Source: a virus | Strand: one strand, 5' to 3' | Virus record (IMG/VR): IMGVR_UViG_3300028549_002200 | Length of the DNA: 50,224 nucleotides | In this document: positions 41,471 through 50,169 of the stretch, piece after piece | How the letters are laid out: each line of letters opens with the position of its first letter | Numbering within the stretch: position 1 is the first letter of the stretch | Notes under the pieces: model-generated | Seen by the model: only the letters and a program-made list of their open reading frames with translations | Databases searched by the model: none | What the model was told of the DNA's origin: nothing | Program-made: the position numbers and the translations under genes

Positions 41471-42187
41471 TTATATTCTTTTACCAAAAAAGACTCTATT
41501 CACAATTTGAGTGTGTAATTCTCCTTGTTCGTGATTCTCATCAAATATCGTTCCGCCATTAGGATCATTATACTTAAACATTGTTTTTTCATGAGCTTTG
41601 CATAAGATTTTGATATTTTGTTCAAAACATACTTTTGAAAACAAAATGTCTGCCATGTTTTTAAAAACAAAATCTCGATAATGTAAATCAAGTTGTTCAT
41701 TATCCCATCCCATTACTCCTGTTCCGCCGACATGAACATAACTGTCATTAATTTGTGTTCCCAAACACCGGAATCTCGTGACTGACGGATCCTTGAAATA
41801 GTTAAATACAGGTTGCTTAAAAACTTTTCCGTGATACGTAATGACACATTTGGATTCATCGATAAATGACCGTGTTTTTGCTATATAGTCAGCAGGATAA
41901 ACAAGATCATCATCACAAGTATATACATAGTCCGGTATTTCATGTATATTCCAGTATCTTTCACCGGCCCCACGAAAATTGTTTCGATGAATATAATAAA
42001 TTAGTGTTTTCCTGTAATCGGTTGATGCAATTAATTCATCGAGCCATTTATAAGGTTGTTTTGAGTCAAATCCATTTAACACAATTTGCATTTTATCAAC
42101 TTGTCCGATCAAAGACATTACCGTTTCTTTTAATCCTGATTCTCGCTTAGGCACTGTTGCTATGATAGCAGTATTTTGTTTTGTCAT
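41471..42187 (-). CDS. GT-A fold glycosyltransferase, 238 aa
   Basis: The N-terminal AIIATVPKRESGLKETVMSLIGQVD matches the usual N-terminal strand/helix of GT-A enzymes. DxD-type motif in YTCDDDLVYPADY. Confidence 0.6.
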   Translation of the reverse strand: MTKQNTAIIATVPKRESGLKETVMSLIGQVDKMQIVLNGFDSKQPYKWLDELIASTDYRKTLIYYIHRNNFRGAGERYWNIHEIPDYVYTCDDDLVYPADYIAKTRSFIDESKCVITYHGKVFKQPVFNYFKDPSVTRFRCLGTQINDSYVHVGGTGVMGWDNEQLDLHYRDFVFKNMADILFSKVCFEQNIKILCKAHEKTMFKYNDPNGGTIFDENHEQGELHTQIVNRVFFGKRI

Positions 42188-42681
42188 GTTTTATTCTCTT
42201 TTCTTTTGTCTTCATCTATTGTCATCGCCATCAAAAGATTGCATGCCGCAATACCAAAAGCATGCAAATTATCATGTTCGGGATCATAAATCTTTCCATT
42301 AAAATAATTTTCGATATGTCTCATTGCTGCTGCGAAATAATCTTCTTTTGATACATTCTTTCTCCATGACTCTTCTTTATATCCTTTTTTATTTCCATAA
42401 GTCATGTTTTTTGCCATGAAAGCATACCAATCAAATGGAACAAGGTCATACCGTAATTTTCCTGTGTTTGTTTTTGACATTTTAGCTTCGCATTTTGGAC
42501 AAAGAATGAAGGCTCGCTGTGCCATGATTGCTGTTACGTCTGCTAATTTACACGAATAATATGTTCCCGTTTCTCCGCATAATGTGCCTATTACACCGTC
42601 TGCATCTATGTGTAAAATGTTTGTTGTAGGACTGTGATTTTGTAAAAGATTAACATATTCGCTTGCTGTTATTTTTGCCAT
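42184..42681 (-). CDS. dATP/dGTP diphosphohydrolase-like (all-alpha MazG-like NTP pyrophosphohydrolase) domain protein with an N-terminal CxxC region
   Basis: KLRYDLVPFDWYAFMAKNMTYGNKKGY..ESWRK......AAAMRHIENYF.G..YDPE..NLHAFGIAACNLLMAM matches the family pattern as I recall it: R-[WY]-D-L-[LV]-P ... G..KY..NW.KG ... RH ... D.ESG..HL.H...N. Start set at MAKITASE. Confidence 0.55.
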   Translation of the reverse strand: MAKITASEYVNLLQNHSPTTNILHIDADGVIGTLCGETGTYYSCKLADVTAIMAQRAFILCPKCEAKMSKTNTGKLRYDLVPFDWYAFMAKNMTYGNKKGYKEESWRKNVSKEDYFAAAMRHIENYFNGKIYDPEHDNLHAFGIAACNLLMAMTIDEDKRKENKT

Positions 42682-42698
42682 ATTTCTGCCGTTCCTTT

Positions 42699-42767
42699 CT
42701 GCCAAATTTGGCAAGTTGTTATTATTTGATAAATTACCAATCCCTTTTCTGCCAAATTATTGCCAAT
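42699..42767. promoter_or_regulatory. Two further copies of the TTGCCAAATTTGGCAG-type motif (42699..42714 and 42749..42767)
   Basis: Both copies share the 13-mer TTTCTGCCAAATT. GCCAAATTTGGC is a perfect 12-bp palindrome. The proximal copy abuts the ribosome-binding site of the 42681 gene. Confidence 0.55.
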
Positions 42768-42973
42768 TCAAATAATAAGAAATTAAAAACAAGTCTCTTT
42801 TCATCATAATAGTTTTTATCTAAAGATTTAAAAGAGGCCTGTGCAAGATAAAATGACAGTGTTGGGATAATAAAAAACTTTCCTGAAAAAGACGTTACAA
42901 ATGAGTTGTCTTGAATATTACCCCATGTTATTCTGTGTTGACACCTAATTTTCATGTGTTTTAATTTAATCAT
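42734..42973 (-). CDS. Hypothetical 79-aa protein
   Basis: Start moved to MIKLKHM, with GAAGGAG 6 nt upstream. ATGA overlap with the lipoprotein stop. Confidence 0.45.
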   Translation of the reverse strand: MIKLKHMKIRCQHRITWGNIQDNSFVTSFSGKFFIIPTLSFYLAQASFKSLDKNYYDEKRLVFNFLLFELAIIWQKRDW

Positions 42974-43317
42974 TTTGAACTCCTTCTTTCTGAATATGCC
43001 CAATCGCTATATAATCCTTTCCAGTGGTATCTTATTCTAAAACGAGCAGTATCAGTATAGGCTACAGGATATGTAACAATATCTCGATCGGTGTTTATTT
43101 GAGGTTCCCATAATGAATCTGTGTTTTCTTGAATCTCAATCTCTGTTTCATAAAGAGGGTTATCAAATTTTAATTCTAAAAACACAACGACATAATGACA
43201 ATCGCGATCATATTTTTCTATTTCAAAAACAGGGTTTCGTAATTTGAATTCGTGTTTTGGCCCCGTGACACAACTGATTAAAACAAGAATCCCTAATAGT
43301 AAAATAATCATTTTCAT
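42970..43317 (-). CDS. Lipoprotein, 115 aa
   Basis: Signal peptide with a lipobox: MKMIILLLGILVLISC. Confidence 0.6.
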   Translation of the reverse strand: MKMIILLLGILVLISCVTGPKHEFKLRNPVFEIEKYDRDCHYVVVFLELKFDNPLYETEIEIQENTDSLWEPQINTDRDIVTYPVAYTDTARFRIRYHWKGLYSDWAYSERRSSK

Positions 43318-43319
43318 AT

Positions 43320-44438
43320 TTATCCCCTTTCTTTTGAGGCTATTATTTTGTCGATGTGTTTTGATCTTGTCATATATGCTTGTCGATGTAGGTTTTCAAT
43401 TTCTTTTTTCTCGCTTAAATATCTGCTTCTTTTTTGAGTAGGATTTTTAAAGAAGTTGTCACATGCGAGTAAAAAGCGTGTCATTTCTTCCATTGCAAGC
43501 TTAGGGTTCTTTTGCTCTATTGCATTGATCATAAGCATGTAATGAGCGTCCGGGTGGTCTTCATATTGTAATGCTTTTTTTACATAGCTATACATGTGTT
43601 CCATTTTCTTTTTTTCTAACATGATTCTTGCTATGTAAACGTATGCTTGGCACTTAAAAGTGTCATCAGGCATACGCTTTAAGGCATTTTTAAAACAATA
43701 TACCGGATTGTGAAGCAAAACATCATCTACCTCCATCTGCATATTTAAGACTCCTAATTCATACCAATACATCCATTTCAGTTCTTTTTCTTTCTCAGTT
43801 GTCTTTTCGTCAAAAAGCACATCTTTTAACAAATCTCTTGTTTGTATTTTTCTCATTTCTCTGTGCGCAATGCTTTCGTCATCAGAATAATCAATTCCAA
43901 AATGCACAAATTTTACACTGTTTACGTATGTAAGATTTTGTAAATTAGGTATTTGATTATGCACTCTTCCTTCGAAAACAAATCCTTTTTTTACTAATCT
44001 TGCATTTGTGGCACAGCTTGATGTGATAATAAAATTTGGTTTTTCTCCGGGTGGTGTAAAGTTGTCTTTGTTGACAAAAGGAAAAGCGACACCATTGACA
44101 TCCATGTTGTCGACAATGTCGTGAAATGGTTTTTCTCTTTCTGTTTCAATGATCTCATCTGCATCAATTATTACATTGTAATCAGCATCAGATAATGACA
44201 AAACATGATTTCTTGCTTCTGAGAAATTGAACTTTTTCTTTTCAGGGCAAATATAAATATGAACTTTCGATACCATAAATTGTTGTAATGAATAAATTAA
44301 TTCTACTGTTTTGTCTTCTGATCCGGTATCGTATATAAGAATTTCGTCAACCTTTCCATCGATGCTTTCCAAGCATCTTCTAATGCGCTTTTCCTCGTTT
44401 TTAACTATCATGGTTGCGTTAATTTTCATTTTTTCCAT
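43320..44438 (-). CDS. Family-2-type (GT-A) glycosyltransferase with a helical-repeat C-terminal half, 372 aa
   Basis: ATMIVKNEEKRIRRCLESI...DEILIYDTGSEDKT and IIDADE. The start may instead be at 44429. Confidence 0.65.
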   Translation of the reverse strand: MEKMKINATMIVKNEEKRIRRCLESIDGKVDEILIYDTGSEDKTVELIYSLQQFMVSKVHIYICPEKKKFNFSEARNHVLSLSDADYNVIIDADEIIETEREKPFHDIVDNMDVNGVAFPFVNKDNFTPPGEKPNFIITSSCATNARLVKKGFVFEGRVHNQIPNLQNLTYVNSVKFVHFGIDYSDDESIAHREMRKIQTRDLLKDVLFDEKTTEKEKELKWMYWYELGVLNMQMEVDDVLLHNPVYCFKNALKRMPDDTFKCQAYVYIARIMLEKKKMEHMYSYVKKALQYEDHPDAHYMLMINAIEQKNPKLAMEEMTRFLLACDNFFKNPTQKRSRYLSEKKEIENLHRQAYMTRSKHIDKIIASKERG

Positions 44439-44689
44439 CCTTCCCGAATCATTTTTCGTAATTCTTTGATTCTATCTTTAAACATTTTTTCTACATACCC
44501 CATAGCATCAGTGTCAACCCATTTTTTATGCACAGTATTCATTTTGTCTAAAAAGAATTCGAATTGGTTAATTGTTTTGTGTAGTATTACATGTGCCTCC
44601 TCTCTGTTTCGCGGGTTGCTTATTGGACACCCGAATTTGTCTTTTAGCACTTGAAACTGCTTGTTTTCTGTAGTGTTTTTCCAATCCAT
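44426..44689 (-). CDS. Hypothetical 87-aa protein
   Basis: ORF starting 4 nt after the DnaB stop. Co-oriented with the block. Confidence 0.5.
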   Translation of the reverse strand: MDWKNTTENKQFQVLKDKFGCPISNPRNREEAHVILHKTINQFEFFLDKMNTVHKKWVDTDAMGYVEKMFKDRIKELRKMIREGWKK

Positions 44690-44692
44690 TTT

Positions 44693-46264
44693 TCACACTC
44701 CTTCAAATTCTGTTTTTGAGGTATCGAACACTCTGAAATATCGTTTGTCTAATTCAAGCATTGCTTTTCCTATAGCACCATTTCTATTTTTTGCTATAAA
44801 AATACCAAGCTTGTCCGGCCCCGGTAAATACAATAACAGCACTACGTGCGCATCTTGCTCTATAGCCCCTGAGTCTCTTAGCTCTTTTAATGCCGGTGGA
44901 TATTTATCGATTTCCGTGTTTTGCGTTCCCGTTACGGAAGTTGGTCTTGCAAGTTGAGATAAAAGAATTGTAAAAACGTTTAAATCTTTTGCTACTTTTT
45001 TCATTCTGTTTGAAAATGCTGTTACCATATCATTTCTGTTTGAAAATTTTCCTCTTTCATAACAAATTTGTATGTAGTCAACGCATAAGATTTTTACTTT
45101 TTTACCTTTTTCCCATTGATACTTGCTAACTGATGCTCGAATTGTTGTTGAATCCATTGTTGATGAATCGTCGATTTCTATTGGCATTTCATAAATCTTT
45201 GCAAATGTGTCGTCAAATTTTCTTCGCTGTTCAAGGCTTAATTGGTTATGGTGTAATTCTTGTGTAGTTACTTTTAAAAGCATACATACATAACGCTCAA
45301 TTATTTCTTCCTTTGACATTTCTACGGAACAAAAATAAATCACTTCTCCGGGTAATAATTGTGGGATATAGCCTATCATTAAATTTAATAACAATAGGGT
45401 TTTCCCTACCCCGGGTCGCGCTCCAATAACCATGATCTGTTTTGGCATTGTTTCGCCTAATATCTTATTGAGGCTTTCATACGGTGTCCTTAATAAGCGC
45501 AATCCGTTTTCATTGTTCCATGTTTTGTGAAGTAATTCAACGTAATTTAATATGCCTTGTTGCATAGAAGTTAAATTATCATTGTTCACACTTGCGCCCT
45601 TTACTTCGCTTTGTACCATGTCGAATCCGGCTATTAACTGTTCTGTTTGATACTCTTCTTCGATTGCTTGATCAAGCGTCATTGTGTACAAAGAAAAAGT
45701 TTTTCTTGCAAGATATTTTTGCTTTAATTCGTTTGCGAACATATCAATAGATTGAATTTCTTTTGCGTCTTGTATAATCTCTTGAAGTCTTGATGCTTCT
45801 TCTTTGCTATATTCGCTTTTGCTTAAAGTAATAATTTCTTTGTGACTTTTTTTTGCGTTAAACTGATCTATATTATCCATTATAACAGTCCACGTTTTTC
45901 TGCAAAAATTATCAAAGAATACTTTTTCGTCTACTTCTCCCAAAAGCCTGAGTATATTTTTTGTTTCTTCCGGTTTATTTATGATATATCCTATTACTGA
46001 TTCTTCGATGTTTTTATCATAAAATCGTGTGTTATGCTCAAATATTTGATTTGCGCTTTGCAAAAAATTTCCCATTTCATTCGCTAAAAACAGATCATTT
46101 CCTCTAAGAATGATTTCTTTGTTTTGTAGCATTTCATCTAATGCTCTGTAAAAGGTTCGTTCAGGAATTTGTTGTTGAGTAATACAAAACTGTTTTGTTG
46201 CTGTTTTTGAGAGCTTCTTTTTTGCACAATTATATATCCAGTATTGTGCTTGTGATTTGCTCAT
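44693..46264 (-). CDS. dnaB: DnaB-family replicative helicase with an extra N-terminal region
   Basis: Walker A GARPGVGKT, Walker B ILCVDYIQ, LLSQLAR, and LRDSGAIEQDAHVVLLLY. Confidence 0.9.
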   Translation of the reverse strand: MSKSQAQYWIYNCAKKKLSKTATKQFCITQQQIPERTFYRALDEMLQNKEIILRGNDLFLANEMGNFLQSANQIFEHNTRFYDKNIEESVIGYIINKPEETKNILRLLGEVDEKVFFDNFCRKTWTVIMDNIDQFNAKKSHKEIITLSKSEYSKEEASRLQEIIQDAKEIQSIDMFANELKQKYLARKTFSLYTMTLDQAIEEEYQTEQLIAGFDMVQSEVKGASVNNDNLTSMQQGILNYVELLHKTWNNENGLRLLRTPYESLNKILGETMPKQIMVIGARPGVGKTLLLLNLMIGYIPQLLPGEVIYFCSVEMSKEEIIERYVCMLLKVTTQELHHNQLSLEQRRKFDDTFAKIYEMPIEIDDSSTMDSTTIRASVSKYQWEKGKKVKILCVDYIQICYERGKFSNRNDMVTAFSNRMKKVAKDLNVFTILLSQLARPTSVTGTQNTEIDKYPPALKELRDSGAIEQDAHVVLLLYLPGPDKLGIFIAKNRNGAIGKAMLELDKRYFRVFDTSKTEFEGV

Positions 46265-46665
46265 ATCATTTTCCTTTTAGTTTTGATAAGTTTTTCTAAT
46301 AATTCCTGAACGTGTTCATGTAGCATTGATCTTTTTGGCTTTACGTTCCTTTTTAACAAAAGAGAATAGCTTACGATTTCTTCGATGTATAATTTTATCC
46401 ACTTGTTAATTGTTTGCTCGTCAGTAAACCCTTTTGCAAGAATACTTTTCTTTGTTATTAAACCAGAAAAAAGCAAGACTTTTAATATATGCCAATACCA
46501 TTGTCTTTTTTGTCCATGAAGTCTTGCTAAGGTTCCAAGCTTAATTGTCATTTCTGGTGTTTTAATCCATCGATATACTAAAAAGTAATCTTTGCTTGGC
46601 AAGGCATTTAAGATTATTTCTTCTGTTACTAATCCGATATCGCTACTCTTTATGTCCTTTTTCAT
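46261..46665 (-). CDS. Hypothetical 134-aa protein; a replication accessory role is possible from position only
   Basis: ATGA overlap with the dnaB start. Confidence 0.5.
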   Translation of the reverse strand: MKKDIKSSDIGLVTEEIILNALPSKDYFLVYRWIKTPEMTIKLGTLARLHGQKRQWYWHILKVLLFSGLITKKSILAKGFTDEQTINKWIKLYIEEIVSYSLLLKRNVKPKRSMLHEHVQELLEKLIKTKRKMI

Positions 46666-46987
46666 TGTTAATTAACTCCTTTATTTGGATTAATTCTTCT
46701 TTTGCGCGTTGCATTGCTGCTTTTAAATGCTCTTTTAGTTCAGGGAATTCTATGTATAATTCTTGCTGTAACATTTCTGAATATACATATTCCCATAAAT
46801 CGATTTTGTCATTTTCTCTTTTAATGCTAAATCCTTTACAACCTCCTTTGTCGTCCGTATAAAACATCACATTTAATACGTTTTGTTCTTTATCATACAT
46901 CAGTGACAAGTAATAGTAGCCTTTTAAGAGTTGGAAACACTTAAAAAGTAGTGTTCGCTCTTCTTTGTTTAATAGGGTTGTTCTCAT
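46643..46987 (-). CDS. Hypothetical 114-aa protein
   Basis: GGAGAA ribosome-binding site. Co-oriented with the block. Confidence 0.5.
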   Translation of the reverse strand: MRTTLLNKEERTLLFKCFQLLKGYYYLSLMYDKEQNVLNVMFYTDDKGGCKGFSIKRENDKIDLWEYVYSEMLQQELYIEFPELKEHLKAAMQRAKEELIQIKELINNEKGHKE

Positions 46988-47384
46988 TTAATGATTCTCC
47001 TTTCCTGTTTGTGATTATTATTTCCATGATCGTTGCGTCTTTTTCTCCCATTTCTTTTTTAATATTTAATTCAAATATTTGATTTGCTTTGGTGCCCAAG
47101 CTGTTTTCAATAATTTGATTAAAAGTTTCTGCTATTATCTCTCGATTAAACTGTGCCCTTGATTCACATTGTAATATTACATTTACTTTAAAAGCAAAAA
47201 AAGCATCTACATATTTAAAGTTATGCTTTGAAAAAATCACCTTTTGCATTGCGTAAATAAAGTTTTTCGCTTCTGTAGTAAAATTTATAAAGGCAGGGGT
47301 TGATGCCCCCCTGCCAAATGTTCCAACTCTTTCAAGCGTCTTTGTATACGTCGAAGGAGGAAGTTTGTTCAATTCAAAGGTCAT
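46941..47384 (-). CDS. Hypothetical 147-aa protein; weak RusA-like N-terminal resemblance
   Basis: FELNKLPPSTY resembles the RusA PPS.N start, but the expected catalytic Asp residues are not evident. Confidence 0.45.
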   Translation of the reverse strand: MTFELNKLPPSTYTKTLERVGTFGRGASTPAFINFTTEAKNFIYAMQKVIFSKHNFKYVDAFFAFKVNVILQCESRAQFNREIIAETFNQIIENSLGTKANQIFELNIKKEMGEKDATIMEIIITNRKGESLNENNPIKQRRANTTF

Positions 47385-47860
47385 TCTTCACCTGCTGTTT
47401 GACTTGTTCCCGTATACTGTCTTGTCGTTGGCATACTTTCCCCTGCTGCATCTGTTTTTTGTACTAAGACGTAAACGTTCCATAATATTCCGGGTGTTCC
47501 CGGTAATACACAATCTGGATTTCCCTTAAATATACATGAATAAGAAAGGCCGTTTATTGTTATGTTTCCTCTGTAATTTGAGGAATTTGCATAAATAGAA
47601 CCTATCCTTTTCTTGTCTTCATAGATTGCATATGCCGCGTCTTTGTGCGTTTTCCTGTAATCATTGGTAAGAACAGTAAAATTGTTATACTGTTCTTCTC
47701 CGTCAAATTTTACATATCCTCCAACATAAATAGAACCCTTCTTGGATAGTTTTGCAGAAACCGCTCCTAATCGCTTGTATATTTCTTTTATACCATCGGA
47801 ACTTTTTAGGATAATCTTGTCGTCTTTTGAATATTCTTCATATGTCTTTCTGTCTGCCAT
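47381..47860 (-). CDS. Hypothetical 159-aa beta-rich protein
   Basis: AAGGAGGAAAT ribosome-binding site. Lies between the HTH gene and the recombination genes. Confidence 0.55.
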   Translation of the reverse strand: MADRKTYEEYSKDDKIILKSSDGIKEIYKRLGAVSAKLSKKGSIYVGGYVKFDGEEQYNNFTVLTNDYRKTHKDAAYAIYEDKKRIGSIYANSSNYRGNITINGLSYSCIFKGNPDCVLPGTPGILWNVYVLVQKTDAAGESMPTTRQYTGTSQTAGEE

Positions 47861-47869
47861 ATTTCCTCC

Positions 47870-48139
47870 TTAAAAATATTTTGCCAAATCTTCAAACGCC
47901 ATAACTCCTCCACATAAATCAGGCAATGCGTTTGCTTTAAAACCAAGCGCATCTATGATTGCAAAAACATCTTTTATTAAACAATGATCGATTGAAGCTT
48001 GATTCATAATTCTTGCAACTTTGCTTTTATTCATAGAGGTCATATAAGCCAAATCCTGTTGACTTATATTTTTTGCCATAGCAAAGCTTTTTAAATTCAT
48101 CGCAAGATTATACGTCAAAGTCTTCCGGGATGTCATCAT
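47870..48139 (-). CDS. XRE-type helix-turn-helix protein, 89 aa
   Basis: KNISQQDLAYMTSMNKSKVARIMNQ fits the HTH pattern. AAGGAGG ribosome-binding site. Confidence 0.6.
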   Translation of the reverse strand: MMTSRKTLTYNLAMNLKSFAMAKNISQQDLAYMTSMNKSKVARIMNQASIDHCLIKDVFAIIDALGFKANALPDLCGGVMAFEDLAKYF

Positions 48140-48767
48140 TGCCGCCTCCTTTTTTTTCAGTATCTTTAGGTGTAACTATTTCAGCGTTAAAAGTTTTCTT
48201 AATTTCTTCTATGCGTTTTTTTTCTTCGATAAAAGGGTTTTCTTCTTCGGGATTGTCTTGTGTAATGACCGACGTCTTTGCAAACGGGCCTTTTTTCTCT
48301 TTTATTACAGGCGCAATCGTTGCTTTTTCTTCTTTTAAAACAAACTGTTCTCCGTCAGGATCGACAATTTCATTCGTAGGTATCATGAACATTGTAAATA
48401 AACAATATTTATGAGCAATGGAAATTGATTTTGACGTTGATTTGTCACCACTATCCATGCCTTCCCCTACCATGATTGCCGAAACAAAAGACCCATCATC
48501 TGATAAAAACGTGAATCTTATTTCTGTCGTTTTATGAAGGGTTATTCCCTTATCTGTCTTTCTTTCATAAAGTTCCGTTCTTAACACTTCCGGGATGGTT
48601 ACAACCCTGTGTTTTACGAAAATCCCTGAAAGCGCATTGTAAACCTGATCAATTCCTCGATAATTAAACGTAAATGTCCCCTTACTTTGTGCGTCTTTTG
48701 AAATTGCGGGAATCTCTGCTGCAATATCACAAAGCTTTTGAAAAATGTTTCCTTCCTTGTAATCCAT
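48108..48767 (-). CDS. erf: ERF-family single-strand annealing protein, 219 aa, with an acidic SSB-like C-terminal tail
   Basis: FTFNYRGIDQVYNALSGIFVKHRVV...SISIAHKYCLFTMFMIP resembles the ERF core. The tail reads GGGNDDIPEDFDV. Start set at MDYKEGN after AGGAGGAAAT. Confidence 0.6.
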   Translation of the reverse strand: MDYKEGNIFQKLCDIAAEIPAISKDAQSKGTFTFNYRGIDQVYNALSGIFVKHRVVTIPEVLRTELYERKTDKGITLHKTTEIRFTFLSDDGSFVSAIMVGEGMDSGDKSTSKSISIAHKYCLFTMFMIPTNEIVDPDGEQFVLKEEKATIAPVIKEKKGPFAKTSVITQDNPEEENPFIEEKKRIEEIKKTFNAEIVTPKDTEKKGGGNDDIPEDFDV

Positions 48768-48809
48768 ATTTCCTCCTATGTTTTCGTTGACGTTATTATA
48801 CATGAAGCA

Positions 48810-49898
48810 CTATTCTTCGTCAACCGTTTTGTTGATTTTCTCAATGACTTTTTGAATTTCTTTTGTGCCTACCTCTTTCTTTTTTATTGAAAATCTTCTT
48901 GTCATTGGTTTCTTTGATGCGTTAATTATTTCCGGGTGATCTTCTTCGAATTTCTTCCAGTTTATCTCTGTTCTGTATGCGGCAAGTTCAGGAGCGTATG
49001 CCGTTTCAATACTTTCTTTATCAATTCCTTTTACCGGAGTATATGAGAATTGATACAGTACAATGGTCTTTTTGTCTAATTCATGCATGCAATAAGCTTT
49101 AACATTGTTTTGCATGACTTCCTTGTATTGTGCTTCTCTTGTCTTGACAAAATCCGTCAATAAAGCCAACTCCTCTTTTGCTTTCAGATAATTTTCAATA
49201 TCAAGGTCTTCAAAGACAAGTTCCTTTACAGCATTGTCTGATGGAACAATCGCATTAAAGGTTTTCGAGTCATTTGCCTCAATTAATTTAGGCGGTGTTT
49301 TGCTTTTTACAAGATCGAAAAGTAGCCGTTCTGCCTCAACGAGGTCTTTAGACTCGGTGGGGAAGTCTGTTGAATCAAGAAAAAACCGTCGTAACGTGTT
49401 GCCCCCGATCAGGACTGCAAACACACACGGAACGCCGTAAAAGATTGAGTGGTGTAAACCTTGCCAAAAATATTTTTCATCAACACCATTATTCCAACAG
49501 TGTGCTTGATCGAGAGCAATGTTCTTGACCTCGATTACCGCCTCTATAGTGCCGTCTTTTCCCATTACAAATCCATCAGGGTTGTCTGCCATATAAGGCA
49601 AATCAACACTTGAATAAACGTATTTTGAAGGCACTGCAAGGCATTTGAACTTATGCGCAAACATGTCTATGATTCCTTTTTCGAGTTTGACTCCGGCCAT
49701 CATTCTTTCAGTTTCTTCAATCTTGAAGTGTTCTCGATTCATCATAGCATTAAATGTTTGTTGCAATGTCATGAACTTTGATCCGGTATAACCTTTTAGT
49801 TTTATTGCCTGTGCTGCGGCTGTGCTTGAAATATAATCAAAATGATAATCAAACGTTTTCTCTGCTTCACTTTTTGACATTAACTTGATAAATTGCAT
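48810..49898 (-). CDS. YqaJ/lambda-Exo-like PD-(D/E)xK recombination exonuclease
   Basis: NPDGFVMGKDGTIEAVIEVKN gives the D...E-x-K arrangement. Lies directly upstream of the ERF gene. AAGGAGGTGG ribosome-binding site. Confidence 0.6.
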   Translation of the reverse strand: MQFIKLMSKSEAEKTFDYHFDYISSTAAAQAIKLKGYTGSKFMTLQQTFNAMMNREHFKIEETERMMAGVKLEKGIIDMFAHKFKCLAVPSKYVYSSVDLPYMADNPDGFVMGKDGTIEAVIEVKNIALDQAHCWNNGVDEKYFWQGLHHSIFYGVPCVFAVLIGGNTLRRFFLDSTDFPTESKDLVEAERLLFDLVKSKTPPKLIEANDSKTFNAIVPSDNAVKELVFEDLDIENYLKAKEELALLTDFVKTREAQYKEVMQNNVKAYCMHELDKKTIVLYQFSYTPVKGIDKESIETAYAPELAAYRTEINWKKFEEDHPEIINASKKPMTRRFSIKKKEVGTKEIQKVIEKINKTVDEE

Positions 49899-50169
49899 TG
49901 TGCCACCTCCTTACATATGCAAATTTTGACTTTAACAACCGATATAGCTTTTCTATATTGGTATGTTTCGTCAAAAATCTGTGGTGAAGCCTTGGTACCA
50001 TTTTACCAAAGGCTATGATATCTTCTTTGATTTTTCCTAAAACAATTTCTCCGTCGAGTTTTACGAGTTCTCGCTTGTCTTTTGAAAGATATTCTTTTAT
50101 ATTCTTGAATATCTTTTCTGATAGCTCTTCTCCGATTTGCTCATCGAGTTTTTCTTTTTCTGTTTTCAT
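49867..50169 (-). CDS. Hypothetical 100-aa protein
   Basis: ORF overlapping the exonuclease start by 32 nt. Its 5' part is duplicated at 1..200. Confidence 0.5.
   Translation of the reverse strand: MKTEKEKLDEQIGEELSEKIFKNIKEYLSKDKRELVKLDGEIVLGKIKEDIIAFGKMVPRLHHRFLTKHTNIEKLYRLLKSKFAYVRRWHNAIYQVNVKK

Noticed and set aside
42184-42681. A 2-aminoadenine (Z-base) genome, inferred from the dATP/dGTP pyrophosphohydrolase-like gene
   Set aside because: No PurZ (adenylosuccinate-synthetase-like) ORF or DatZ-like HD phosphohydrolase is recognisable anywhere in the window.
47870-48139. Temperate lifestyle inferred from the XRE-type HTH gene
   Set aside because: No integrase, recombinase, excisionase or partition gene is present. 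The HTH protein is more likely a lytic-cycle regulator.
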